A stretch of 64,000 nucleotides of DNA, taken from the IMG/VR virus record IMGVR_UViG_2926488731_000001, positions 1,766 to 65,765 of that record; one strand, 5' to 3'. The notes beneath the pieces were generated by a model. It was not told the DNA's origin, did no database searches, and saw only the letters and a program-made list of their open reading frames with translations. Made by a program: the position numbers and the translations under genes. Every line of letters starts with the position of its first letter. The stretch's first letter is position 1. The stretch comes from a virus. Lineage: Duplodnaviria; Caudoviricetes. Positions 18,324-27,129 of the stretch are shown here, piece by piece.

Positions 18324-19842
18324 CTTCGATTACCTCAACCTTTTCGTTGAAAACCGTAGAATTTACGGTACCAGTTTCGCGATCCTCGTCCTCGTTGATT
18401 CGACGAATTATTTCTGTTGCTTTTTTATCTCCAACGTCATCGAGTGATTTTATAGCCGTGTGGACATCGAGCGTAGGCTTGCCACCAGTCCTTATGCTTG
18501 CGATTTCAGCTTCTTCTTTTTCGTTTTTCGGAAGGCCATCTTGCCATCGAATAGTAGGGTACACCGCTTCTCCTTCATACGTGCCGAATTTCTGATCGAA
18601 TAGATAGCAGGTATACAGGGCGTCACGTATTGCACGCTCGTACTGCGCCCGAATACGTTTTACCTTCGACAAAATCGGCATAAAGCGTGCTTTTGTAGTG
18701 CTGCTATCCGTATGCGACGTACCGGTACCGCCTTTTTGATCGCCTGCCATTACCGTACCGAAAAGCCATTGCGGAGTTTCTGCGATTATAAAGATAGACG
18801 ATATTAATATGTCAAGTTCACGAAAGGCAGACTCTAGTTGCGCCTCCCACGTCATGTAGCCGGGCGTTGCGTCTTCTTTCGTAATCGGTATATATTTACC
18901 GCCGAAACGAACTGCGCCTTCCGAGTTGCCAGTTAAGTCCGGTCCATACGCTGTTGGGTCAGCGTGTTTCCACAAGATGTAGTCGATTTGCACCAGCCGA
19001 TCGTTGATGGCTGTAAACGTGGACTCCATCTTTTCTAACCCTCCGATGCCTTCCCATCGATCATCGATCGACTTGTATGGAATATGGAAAACGGGCATAT
19101 AAGAAAGCCCCGTTTCGACTATATCGGTAGCCCTGCCGGTCGGCACTTCCTTTTCAATATAAAATGTCTGAATCGGTGCGCCCCAGTACGTATCCACAGA
19201 CGTGGAAATTAGCCGAAAACGTTTATATTGAATATAGCCCGGTATGTGCCTTTCGACGTTAAGGTACGGTATTTCGTTCTTTTTTGTCTCGACCCATTCG
19301 ACCGTTGCAATGTTTATCGCTTTAAACTTTTTGATATTTCCGTTCGAAGTCTCCGGAAAAACACAAGTAGCGTCAACGTGCTCAACGATTGGCTCCATTT
19401 CGATGCCGTCCGGCAACGGTAGTCCAGCCGACAGAACTTCCGAATAATCCTCCTGATAGTCCCAACGAACCTTTATCCAAGCGTCAGCGCGATACCCATT
19501 TGCGATTGCAGATTCATATATTAGATGATTCAGGTCGTTTTCTTCAATGTACTTATTTAGCGCAATCTGTTCGGGAGAATCGTCGTCCTCGCCGCTCTCA
19601 AATGTCGGAGGGTCGCCTATAAGTAAGTCTGCCGGCTTTGTCGCTATAATGTCAGCCAAGTTTACAGCGATATAGAGTTTCTCGATTTGTGCAGCCGCTG
19701 GCGTCCCTTTCAATACTTCCGTTGCTCGCTCATATATTTCCGCTTGCTTGCCGTCGAATAGCTTACGCATTCGTTCGTAGCGCGCCAAACGTTCTAGGTC
19801 TTCTTGTGGCGGAAACTGTGCGCCCTTAACGAATAGAGTCAT
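18310..19842 (-). CDS. Portal protein (SPP1 gp6-like)
   Basis: 510 aa; PGYMTWEAQL and W.DGLP motifs; synteny. Confidence 0.9.
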   Translation of the reverse strand: MTLFVKGAQFPPQEDLERLARYERMRKLFDGKQAEIYERATEVLKGTPAAAQIEKLYIAVNLADIIATKPADLLIGDPPTFESGEDDDSPEQIALNKYIEENDLNHLIYESAIANGYRADAWIKVRWDYQEDYSEVLSAGLPLPDGIEMEPIVEHVDATCVFPETSNGNIKKFKAINIATVEWVETKKNEIPYLNVERHIPGYIQYKRFRLISTSVDTYWGAPIQTFYIEKEVPTGRATDIVETGLSYMPVFHIPYKSIDDRWEGIGGLEKMESTFTAINDRLVQIDYILWKHADPTAYGPDLTGNSEGAVRFGGKYIPITKEDATPGYMTWEAQLESAFRELDILISSIFIIAETPQWLFGTVMAGDQKGGTGTSHTDSSTTKARFMPILSKVKRIRAQYERAIRDALYTCYLFDQKFGTYEGEAVYPTIRWQDGLPKNEKEEAEIASIRTGGKPTLDVHTAIKSLDDVGDKKATEIIRRINEDEDRETGTVNSTVFNEKVEVIEDDEA

Positions 19843-20273
19843 TCGGCATCGTCCTCCAACAACGCATCTATGTCCTTCAAACCTTTTTCTAGATTATTTG
19901 TAGAGCGCTTTTCGTCACTACTGTCAGACTGCGTAATTTGTCTTTCGGTGAGTAGTCCGAAACGACGCAGGAATAAGTCGATAGCCCTTACGGAAGGCTG
20001 ATTGCTGTTTATTAATTTCATCAATTGGCCGTATACTTGGTCCCTTTTGTCCGATAAGAAATCGTCTGCTATCTCGTTCTTATATTCGATAAAATTACGA
20101 TTCTTCGTACGCCACTCCCACATTGTCTTGTGGTGTACACCGACTTCCGCAGCAATTTCTTTCATAGTTCGCCGTTCTTCTGTGCCAAGCATTTCGTTTT
20201 CAACTAGCAAATACGCTGCCGTTCGTTGCCTTGCGTCTAATTTTGCACCAAGTTCTCTTTTTCGATCGCTCAT
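19839..20273 (-). CDS. phBC6A51-family HTH protein, probable terminase small subunit
   Basis: EIAAEVGVHHKTMWEW HTH and PSVRAIDLF; between terL and portal; ATG 20273 with AGGAGG. Confidence 0.75.
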   Translation of the reverse strand: MSDRKRELGAKLDARQRTAAYLLVENEMLGTEERRTMKEIAAEVGVHHKTMWEWRTKNRNFIEYKNEIADDFLSDKRDQVYGQLMKLINSNQPSVRAIDLFLRRFGLLTERQITQSDSSDEKRSTNNLEKGLKDIDALLEDDAE

Positions 20274-20287
20274 ATCATCGCCTCCTT

Positions 20288-22051
20288 TTATAACCAATCC
20301 GGCTTTGTTGTGACAACCGCCCTCGGCCTTTGCACCGAAGTAACCGCCATATTTAAGGCGTCAGGACCATCATCGTGCCACTTAGCTCCATATCGCTCGA
20401 ACTGCTCAAGTAACCTTTCGTGTTCATGAGAAAAAACGATGGTCCCGCTTTCTATGTCCGGTAACATCGCTTCTATACGAAGTTCTTTTCGTTGTCGTTG
20501 TTGGATTTTTTTAACTCGACTGTGCGCTGGATATCCGATGTACTGTAATGACTCTTTTAGTTTATCGACGAAAAATTCCTGAGCCATTTGCGCTTCCGCT
20601 CCGATTACGTCCGGCTGATATTTCCGCACGCGCTTGACGATTACATCGAGAAACTTGTCAGGATGTACTCGTTCAATATAGGCGTCGATGACGTAAATCT
20701 TTTTTGTTATCTTATGTTTTGCTACCGTCACGAGCGCTGAATAGTCACCTTTTTGTTTCCCCATAGCAAAGTCCATGCCCATCGCAATATAATAATCTTT
20801 GTGGGAGAATTCATTTGTTCCGTCGTGGTATTGAAAACGTTCCGGCTTAAATAGCTGCGAATCCTCGTCGATAGGATTATTCATAAATTCGGTATTGAAA
20901 GCCTTAGTACCACCGTTAATCTTTTCGAGTATTAGGCTAGATAGAGGGAACCTTTCCGGCCATAGTACCTTTGCGCCCCTGTCCATTTCTTCTCGATGTT
21001 TCTCATAAAAACCTAGCGCTGCCCGTGCGCTTGGCGTTGGCGTTTCTTCTGTTGCTTCTTCCATTTCCGCCATCTCTTCATCCGACGGCTCATACTCTTT
21101 GTAAATTCGCTCAAATTCCGACCACAAGTCCATCCGTTCAGGCCATTCGATAATGGCCGGAAATTGATTCGTAATAAAATCCCGACGCTCTTTAAGTACA
21201 TAATTTAACAAAGAATCGTGGTGTACTAACGTTCCCATGAATATGACGGCAGTCTGCGTCGGGTCGTAAGCTGGCATTAAATCTTGATTAAGCCAATCTT
21301 TTGCTTTTTGTCGCAGTTCTGGCGTGTTATTAGAGTCGCGAGATTCTAAGTCATCGAGGATGATTAGATCAGGTCGTTGATTTCCGTTACGGAACCCTCG
21401 GATTTGCATTCCGAGTGACGTAGCTTCCATTTTAATCCCGGTTGTCGTTAGAAACGCTTCTTCGGAATCCTTTGTATTTCTCGTCTTTTGTTCGTGTAAT
21501 AAGACTCCGAAATCTTCGCGTAACTTTAGATTATATTTAAGCTGGTCGCTAACCCATTTGATAAACTTTTTAGACCCTGCGTTTGTTTCCGAGATTATAA
21601 GAATCATTTTTCGTTTTCGATAGACGATTTCATGCGTAGGAAAAGCGTTCGATAGGTAAGCTGACTTTGCGTGCCCTCGGCTGGCTGCCCACGCAATACG
21701 CGCTGTACGATTTCGATTAGATACCGAATCGAGAATACGTGACAATTTGACGTGAAAGTCAGGCGCATTGTCTATATCAACGTTGATATCAGGAACTAAA
21801 TTGTCGGGATTGCCAGGATTACGAGCTTCCGAAAAATATTCATAGAAAAAGTACAACATGTCGACTTCAGCCCGATGTATTCGTTTTAATCGAACTAATT
21901 CTTCTTTGTCGCGAAAGAACATGTCGACATAATAGTCGTTTGCACGGCCGGCTTTAATTGCCTCCGCTAACTTACGTACTCTCTGAACGAGAATGTCGAT
22001 TCTTTTTTGCCGCGCGGCTCGGTCTAACCACTCACCGTTTACATACGCCAA
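20288..22051 (-). CDS. Terminase large subunit
   Basis: Walker A ASRGHAKS, Walker B LIILDDLE, nuclease GMDFAMG...DYSA...HDDGPDA. Confidence 0.95.
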   Translation of the reverse strand: MAYVNGEWLDRAARQKRIDILVQRVRKLAEAIKAGRANDYYVDMFFRDKEELVRLKRIHRAEVDMLYFFYEYFSEARNPGNPDNLVPDINVDIDNAPDFHVKLSRILDSVSNRNRTARIAWAASRGHAKSAYLSNAFPTHEIVYRKRKMILIISETNAGSKKFIKWVSDQLKYNLKLREDFGVLLHEQKTRNTKDSEEAFLTTTGIKMEATSLGMQIRGFRNGNQRPDLIILDDLESRDSNNTPELRQKAKDWLNQDLMPAYDPTQTAVIFMGTLVHHDSLLNYVLKERRDFITNQFPAIIEWPERMDLWSEFERIYKEYEPSDEEMAEMEEATEETPTPSARAALGFYEKHREEMDRGAKVLWPERFPLSSLILEKINGGTKAFNTEFMNNPIDEDSQLFKPERFQYHDGTNEFSHKDYYIAMGMDFAMGKQKGDYSALVTVAKHKITKKIYVIDAYIERVHPDKFLDVIVKRVRKYQPDVIGAEAQMAQEFFVDKLKESLQYIGYPAHSRVKKIQQRQRKELRIEAMLPDIESGTIVFSHEHERLLEQFERYGAKWHDDGPDALNMAVTSVQRPRAVVTTKPDWL

Positions 22052-22806
22052 TCAAACGCCCTCCTTTCGCTTAAAATTCCCGTGAAAATATCGTATTGGT
22101 TTACATCGAATACAAATACCTTACTTAGCGCTTAAAACAGCTCTTAGGCTTCGTTAGTAAGGCGTTAGCTAGGTGAAATACTTTCGAAATACATACGTCA
22201 TGCACCCCGAGTTAGAAAAATTGTGCGCTAATTTCGAACAGCAGTCGTGGGGTCTAGCGCCGTGCCCTTGGGGGTTTGGTCGTTAATGACGCTGCTCAAC
22301 GGTTTTTTATTCGTAATTCAAACGTATTTATTCATCGTTTTAATTTCTTTTATTCATTTCGTTGAATTTCGTATGCAATTTTAGTTTACATAATCACAGT
22401 TTCAGGAAGTTGATCGTTGTCATAAACGTTGTTGTTATGCGCTTTATAAAACGTTTGAAATTATCGATTATGCACGTTTTTATACATCGTTGATATGGCG
22501 CTGTTTGTGTGGCGCGTGCTGCGCGTAAAACTAACGCTGATTGCATAAGGTACGACCATCGAAATAGTTAGGGCTATGCATAAGTTATGCAAACGTTGTA
22601 TATGAACCCCTCGAGTTTGGAAGGCGTCTGTCCTCCGGAAGGACTTAGCGGATGTAGCCGTCACCCACACCGAAAAAGGTACGCCCCTCCCCGAAATCAT
22701 ACGTCCCACTCCCCCGTTTTCTTTTACGTTTACTCACTTGGGCTAAACGTATATAGCCGTATTCCTTCCTACTTATATAGCTAACGTACTGACAACGTAA
22801 TCCCCA
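22052..22806. other. Long non-coding region upstream of terL; candidate packaging (cos/pac) and late promoter region
   Basis: No convincing ORF; repeated (A)AACGTTG..TAT and TATGCA motifs; GC-rich core at 22240-22296. Confidence 0.5.
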
Positions 22807-22989
22807 CTAAATTATGCTTGGGTCAAGCGTGTATCTTACCGTCTCTCGCGTAGTTGCTTCGTCAACGATCGAACGTGTATCTATTGACCAATCGGGGACT
22901 CTCGCAACATCAGCTACGAAAATAGTGGTTTCAAACAACGGATTTCCTTCAAAATAGACGCCATATTTATCGCCATTCTTTTCGAACAC
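22807..22989 (-). CDS. Hypothetical protein
   Basis: GTG start with AAGGGAGG RBS. Confidence 0.55.
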   Translation of the reverse strand: MFEKNGDKYGVYFEGNPLFETTIFVADVARVPDWSIDTRSIVDEATTRETVRYTLDPSII

Positions 22990-23284
22990 ATAAACGACCT
23001 CCCTTCGCTAACCAACGATATCGATTATGAAAAAATTGCCCTTAAGACTTTTTCCGAAAGCGTACGCATCATCGTAAGTGTTAAACTTTAAATGCTGGCC
23101 GTTTTTGTCAAGAACGACTTTCCAAGTGTCAAAGCCTTCTTTTCCGACCCATAATGTCGTAGGTATTACGATAAGATAATACGGCTTTCTTTTCGCTTTC
23201 CACCGCCAAATTTTAAGCGAAAAATATAGCTTTAGAATAAATCTTTTAATCTCCGTCAGCCTCCCTTCGAATAAATTGCCCGAA

Positions 23285-23502
23285 TCCCATCCGTAGGAAT
23301 CGGCGGAATCATCTTTGTCTTTTTCTTTTTAAAGACCTACCGAATATACCCCCACACTACATAGAAGGCGACTGAAGGTCGCTATGTTTATTGTTTTTAA
23401 TTCGTTGTTATTACGTTGTTATTATTAGTATCCCATCGACAGGAATCGGCGGAATCCCATCCGTAGGAATCGGCCGTATCCTATCAACAGGAATCGGGGG
23501 AT
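23285..23502. repeat. 24-bp iteron-like repeats: three tandem (23431-23502) plus one isolated (23285-23308)
   Basis: tcccatcgacaggaatcggcggaa / tcccatccgtaggaatcggccgta / tcctatcaacaggaatcgggggat / tcccatccgtaggaatcggcggaa. Confidence 0.9.
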
Positions 23503-23888
23503 TTTCGCTCATAAAGCGGCATGTACATTTTCTTTAAGTGACCGCGATACGAAACCATTTTCGAAATAAGCACGCCTTCCTTTTCGAGGATATCTACTAG
23601 CGGCTTAATTCGATCTTTATGGATTCCCGTATCTGAACTAATCTGCTTGACGCTAGGGTACGCCCACATATACGTAGTACTGCTGTTTTGGCCGTTCACA
23701 TAAGCCTGTAAATATCCGTATAGCAACACACAGTCCCGCGCGGTCATGCCGTCATATTTTGCCTTTAGTTCCGGCAATAATTTGCGATAAATATCGTGAG
23801 GAATCGGCGTATATCCGACATCGTTGCCCGACAGCAAGCATTCCTTTTGACGTAAGACTTCGCGCTGTTCTTTGGTCAATTTATTCAT
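23484..23888 (-). CDS. Winged-HTH protein resembling the N-terminal domain of phage replication initiators
   Basis: LLYGYL...WAYPSVKQISSDTGI..DRIKPLVDILEKEGVL. Confidence 0.8.
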   Translation of the reverse strand: MNKLTKEQREVLRQKECLLSGNDVGYTPIPHDIYRKLLPELKAKYDGMTARDCVLLYGYLQAYVNGQNSSTTYMWAYPSVKQISSDTGIHKDRIKPLVDILEKEGVLISKMVSYRGHLKKMYMPLYERKSPDSC

Positions 23889-23934
23889 TTAAGTTCGTCC
23901 CCTTTGATTTATAGGTATTTAAAATAAAAGCAAT

Positions 23935-24114
23935 CTACTTATTCGGATTATTTTCGGTGTATTCCGATAGCAGCGTATTCAAGACTTCGGTGCGGCGATA
24001 TTGCCAAAATTTGCGTAGTGTTTTTTCGTTTAATCCTACGCAAATATATCGTTCGCCTTTCTGTTGTAAGAACGAATGTAAATTAGTCGAGTAGCAATAG
24101 AAAAACTCGTTCAA
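23935..24114 (-). CDS. Small hypothetical protein (59 aa)
   Basis: Hand translation MNEFFYCYSTNLHSFLQQKGERYICVGLNEKTLRKFWQY...; RBS GGAGG. Confidence 0.7.
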   Translation of the reverse strand: MNEFFYCYSTNLHSFLQQKGERYICVGLNEKTLRKFWQYRRTEVLNTLLSEYTENNPNK

Positions 24115-24171
24115 GTGGATTACCTCCGTTTGACTTAAATTTTATAAAATCGGCATTTTGTCCGAATAAGG

Positions 24172-24417
24172 TCACACTTGTTTCGCCTTCCAGCGTAATA
24201 ATAGCGGCAATGACCATTCGAAAATGTAGCCGGCCCGTGCAAGTGCGATGTAATCTTCGGAAGTCAGTCTTCGCTTAATAGTCAAGTTTCCTAGCGTATT
24301 AAATAGACGATAGATTCCGCGAGGTACTTCGAAACGAAGAGCGCCCCCGAATATGAATATGTAGGCTGTTGCTCCTATCGCAAGCCAACCGTATATTTCA
24401 ACGAATTTATTTAGCAT
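24172..24417 (-). CDS. Small membrane protein
   Basis: N-terminal TM; RBS GGAGGAGG. Confidence 0.6.
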   Translation of the reverse strand: MLNKFVEIYGWLAIGATAYIFIFGGALRFEVPRGIYRLFNTLGNLTIKRRLTSEDYIALARAGYIFEWSLPLLLRWKAKQV

Positions 24418-24440
24418 AAAAGCAAAGCCTCCTCCAACGA

Positions 24441-24476
24441 AAAAATACCGCAGCGCTCGAAAGCATCTGCGGTTTA
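24441..24476 (-). terminator. Intrinsic terminator
   Basis: accgcag...ctgcggt stem with an A-run on its left. Confidence 0.55.
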
Positions 24477-24530
24477 GTCGTCCTATAACGTATAGGCAAC
24501 TGAAAGCGTAAAATATAAGTAAGTAGCTCC

Positions 24531-24824
24531 TTATTTCGACGTAATATGTGTAAGTCCTTCTGAAATATCGACGGTAGTAGATGGCGTTATGTCTGGCGCA
24601 ATCAATACGCTAGTGCCGTCGTCGGACACCGGCGCTTCGCTGATTGCTTGGCCGTTTTTCAGTTCGACGTATAGTTCCCATCTTCCGCTCTTATCCTCAA
24701 CATATTCGATTCTATAATTGCTGTTTTCCTTGCTGCCGGCTTTTCCAATTTGATATGCTGCGGTGTTTGAAAGAATCAAAACACACAATACAATAGCTAA
24801 TAATTTAATATTTTTCATATCCAT
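24531..24824 (-). CDS. Secreted or membrane-anchored hypothetical protein
   Basis: Signal-peptide-like N-terminus. Confidence 0.65.
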   Translation of the reverse strand: MDMKNIKLLAIVLCVLILSNTAAYQIGKAGSKENSNYRIEYVEDKSGRWELYVELKNGQAISEAPVSDDGTSVLIAPDITPSTTVDISEGLTHITSK

Positions 24825-24833
24825 ACCCCTATC

Positions 24834-25019
24834 TTAAATATGCTTTGAACCGATTGTTTGCCCAATCGAGTAACCAAGAATAAACACAAAATCTGCGTGA
24901 TGTATAAATAATTGTACGTTATCAATTTTCAACCCATCTTCAAATTTTCGTTCAAGTCTTTTCAACTCTTCGGTAAATTTTTCATCCACCAACTGTAACG
25001 GTGATTTTTTAGATGGCAA
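24834..25019 (-). CDS. Hypothetical protein
   Basis: RBS AGGGGAG; TTG start. Confidence 0.55.
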   Translation of the reverse strand: MPSKKSPLQLVDEKFTEELKRLERKFEDGLKIDNVQLFIHHADFVFILGYSIGQTIGSKHI

Positions 25020-25043
25020 CTTTATTCACTCCCCTTTAAAGTA

Positions 25044-25247
25044 TTATAGATACATTCGACCTGCATACGGTTCAAAGTCGTTTCTATTTTCCCTCCAAGC
25101 ATCTTTGACTTGCTCGGATGTCGGGCTTGTAACTTCTCCTTTTACGTTCTTTTCAACCGACCAAGTACAGGCATATTGATAGCCTTTTCTCGTCTCCACA
25201 ATGCAAAGTTTATGAGTATTTGAAAAATCTGCAATGTTAACTTTCAT
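25044..25247 (-). CDS. Hypothetical protein, first gene of the XRE-controlled operon
   Basis: RBS GGGGGA; downstream of a sigA-type promoter. Confidence 0.65.
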   Translation of the reverse strand: MKVNIADFSNTHKLCIVETRKGYQYACTWSVEKNVKGEVTSPTSEQVKDAWRENRNDFEPYAGRMYL

Positions 25248-25286
25248 ATCGTTCCCCCACTTTCTCCTTCTGAATTTCGAAACTTA

Positions 25287-25366
25287 ATTACGTTTAACGT
25301 AATCTATAACTCTATAATAATTACGTTTAGCGTAATTGTCAACATAAAAATTACATTTTACGTAAT
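25287..25366. promoter_or_regulatory. Three 17-bp palindromic operators and a leftward sigA promoter
   Basis: ATTACGTTTAACGTAAT (25287), ATTACGTTTAGCGTAAT (25320), ATTACATTTTACGTAAT (25350); minus strand TTGACA-17-TATTAT with operator 2 as the spacer. Confidence 0.88.
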
Positions 25367-25430
25367 TTATTTCTTGAGAAGATGTATAATTAAGTTTATA
25401 AATAAGAAAATCGGAGGGTTGTGTACCAAA

Positions 25431-25667
25431 ATGGATTTAGTAATCGAGGTTAAACTTAAAAAGTTGTTAAAAGATCGAGGGTTAGATCAAAAGCAATTAG
25501 CGAAGATGTCAGGATTAACAGAACGAACTATTAGCGAACTGGCAAACGGAAAAATGAAACGTTATCCTAAAGAAGTTCTCGAAAAGATTATCGGGACTTT
25601 AGATATTAGAGACATTCGAGAATTAATCGACTTAGTACCGAAAGAAGACATTGACACGTGTAATTGA
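25431..25667 (+). CDS. XRE/Cro-CI family repressor (HTH_26-like)
   Basis: LKKLLKDRGLDQKQLAKMSGLTERTISELANG; ATG 25431 after GGAGGG. Confidence 0.9.
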   Translation: MDLVIEVKLKKLLKDRGLDQKQLAKMSGLTERTISELANGKMKRYPKEVLEKIIGTLDIRDIRELIDLVPKEDIDTCN

Positions 25668-25680
25668 TGCGTGTTATAAT
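25651..25680 (+). promoter_or_regulatory. sigA promoter of hicAB with inverted repeat operator
   Basis: TTGACA-18-TATAAT; ACACG...CGTGT inverted repeat overlapping the spacer. Confidence 0.75.
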
Positions 25681-25703
25681 GTATTTAGGAAGGGGGTAAG
25701 GGA

Positions 25704-25919
25704 TTGGGGAAACAAATAACGGTCAGAAAAGTCCTTCAAATTCTAAAGAAAGAAGGATTCGTCAAATCGCCTAACCATAAAGGTGGGGGAAGTCATCAGC
25801 GATATATACATGAAAAAGACCCCACGAGATATGCTGACATAAGCTTTCATAACAGCGGTCAGGTGATTCCGATAGGGACATTAAAAAATATAGAGAAAAC
25901 TACGGGGGTTAAATTCTAA
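25704..25919 (+). CDS. hicA: HicA toxin (mRNA interferase)
   Basis: LKKEGF...GGSHQRY...IPIGTLKNI. Confidence 0.92.
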   Translation: MGKQITVRKVLQILKKEGFVKSPNHKGGGSHQRYIHEKDPTRYADISFHNSGQVIPIGTLKNIEKTTGVKF

Positions 25920-25977
25920 CCCCTTGTCCCTAACCTAATTCCCCTTATCTCCAATAAACGTTAAGGAGTGATTAAAC

Positions 25978-26409
25978 TTGGCTTACAAAACCCATTACAT
26001 CTACCCTGTAGTCGTTGAAAAAGCCGAAGATGGTGGGATAGGCATGTACTTCCCCGATTTTCCCGGTACAGCAATCCTTGCAAAAGGCCTGATCGACGGG
26101 ATACAAAAAGCTAAAGAGATGCTCGCACATCTTATATTGGACAAAGAAGAGCAGGGAGAAGTTATACCCGAGCCTTCAGACCCGGACAAAATTGAATTGT
26201 TTAGCTCAAGTGACCGTGTAGTTTTTATTGAAGTATACATGCCACCCTTTCGAGATGAGGCGGCGTTTAAGTCAGTTACTAAAAACTGCACGTTGCCTAG
26301 ATGGCTTCGTGATGCGGGCGAAGAGGCCGGTTTGAATTTTTCCCACTTGTTACAGGCCTCGATTAAAGATGCGTTGAATATAAATTCTTACGATGATAGG
26401 CGGCCTTAA
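25978..26409 (+). CDS. hicB: HicB antitoxin
   Basis: YPVV...YFPDFPG...IPEPS...VTKNCTLPRWL...AGLNFS (RHH C-terminus). Confidence 0.92.
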   Translation: MAYKTHYIYPVVVEKAEDGGIGMYFPDFPGTAILAKGLIDGIQKAKEMLAHLILDKEEQGEVIPEPSDPDKIELFSSSDRVVFIEVYMPPFRDEAAFKSVTKNCTLPRWLRDAGEEAGLNFSHLLQASIKDALNINSYDDRRP

Positions 26410-26427
26410 TGGTCGATAAAAAGACGT

Positions 26428-26464
26428 AAAAGGGCCGCGCAGCTAAGGCGCGGTTTCTTTTCGT
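26428..26464. terminator. Bidirectional terminator between hicB and the convergent gene
   Basis: ccgcgc-agctaag-gcgcgg stem flanked by A and T runs. Confidence 0.7.
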
Positions 26465-26839
26465 TTATTTCAGTATTCTTCGATTGAGTCTCGTTGGCAA
26501 TCGATAGTCCCTGCCGTCTGTCGCCACTTCTTCGGCCAATTTAAACGAACGCTCTCCTGAGTGCCTCCGACCCTGCTGCGACGGACTAAGCAGCGGATAT
26601 TCGGCACGCGACATCTTGTCCGGGTGCATGTCGGTCAGCTCTTCGCGTAAAATCAACGTTGCTAAACGGTCGAGCTGTGCGCCAGCAGGTCGTTTGCCCG
26701 TAGCTTGCACGTAGTCATTAATCAGTTGATCGACAGTTTCTATTCGTTTTTGCCGATCGGCAATAGGATTTTCGTACAACTCATCGACGTAACGCTGAAA
26801 ATCTTCCGTATATTTATCCGTAAATGTAAAACTAGTCAT
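26465..26839 (-). CDS. Hypothetical protein coupled to the sigma-region-4 gene
   Basis: ATGA overlap with the upstream stop; LDRLATLILREELTD.HPDK...EYPLLS. Confidence 0.75.
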   Translation of the reverse strand: MTSFTFTDKYTEDFQRYVDELYENPIADRQKRIETVDQLINDYVQATGKRPAGAQLDRLATLILREELTDMHPDKMSRAEYPLLSPSQQGRRHSGERSFKLAEEVATDGRDYRLPTRLNRRILK

Positions 26840-27129
26840 CCGGCATCCTCCAAGCTTGACCAATCGTCATATATTCGTTGTATCTTCACAATGGCGGAAT
26901 CGATTGCTAGGCTGACCGCCGGTTGTGTCGTATTCATTCGCTCCCCCACGTCTTCTTGCGTTAAATCAGCGCCATAAATCCATGCTAACGCTTCCTGCTG
27001 ACGCTCCGTTAAGTCCGCCAATGTAATAGCCCTCCGAAGGTCTACGAGCGCACATACGGCGTTATAATCGCCTTTATATTGACGTGCGTGCAATGCGTGG
27101 TACTCTCGCAATAATGTACGAACATTCAA
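26836..27129 (-). CDS. Sigma-70 region-4-only HTH protein (probable late activator)
   Basis: LTERQQEALAWIY..DLTQEDVGERMNTTQPAVS; RBS AGGAGG. Confidence 0.85.
   Translation of the reverse strand: MNVRTLLREYHALHARQYKGDYNAVCALVDLRRAITLADLTERQQEALAWIYGADLTQEDVGERMNTTQPAVSLAIDSAIVKIQRIYDDWSSLEDAG

Noticed and set aside
2231-21153. Numerous plus-strand ORFs in the ORF track across the structural region (and similar ones elsewhere)
   Set aside because: They are antisense shadows of well-supported minus-strand genes, with no recognisable motifs
22180-22225. Another TGGTGC-type promoter unit (gcacc at 22202)
   Set aside because: No matching second box at the expected spacing
22461-22784. ORFs 22461-22709 (-) and 22587-22784 (+)
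   Set aside because: No convincing RBS or protein-like motifs; the region is better explained as non-coding
23431-23502. CRISPR array
   Set aside because: The repeats are contiguous with no spacers
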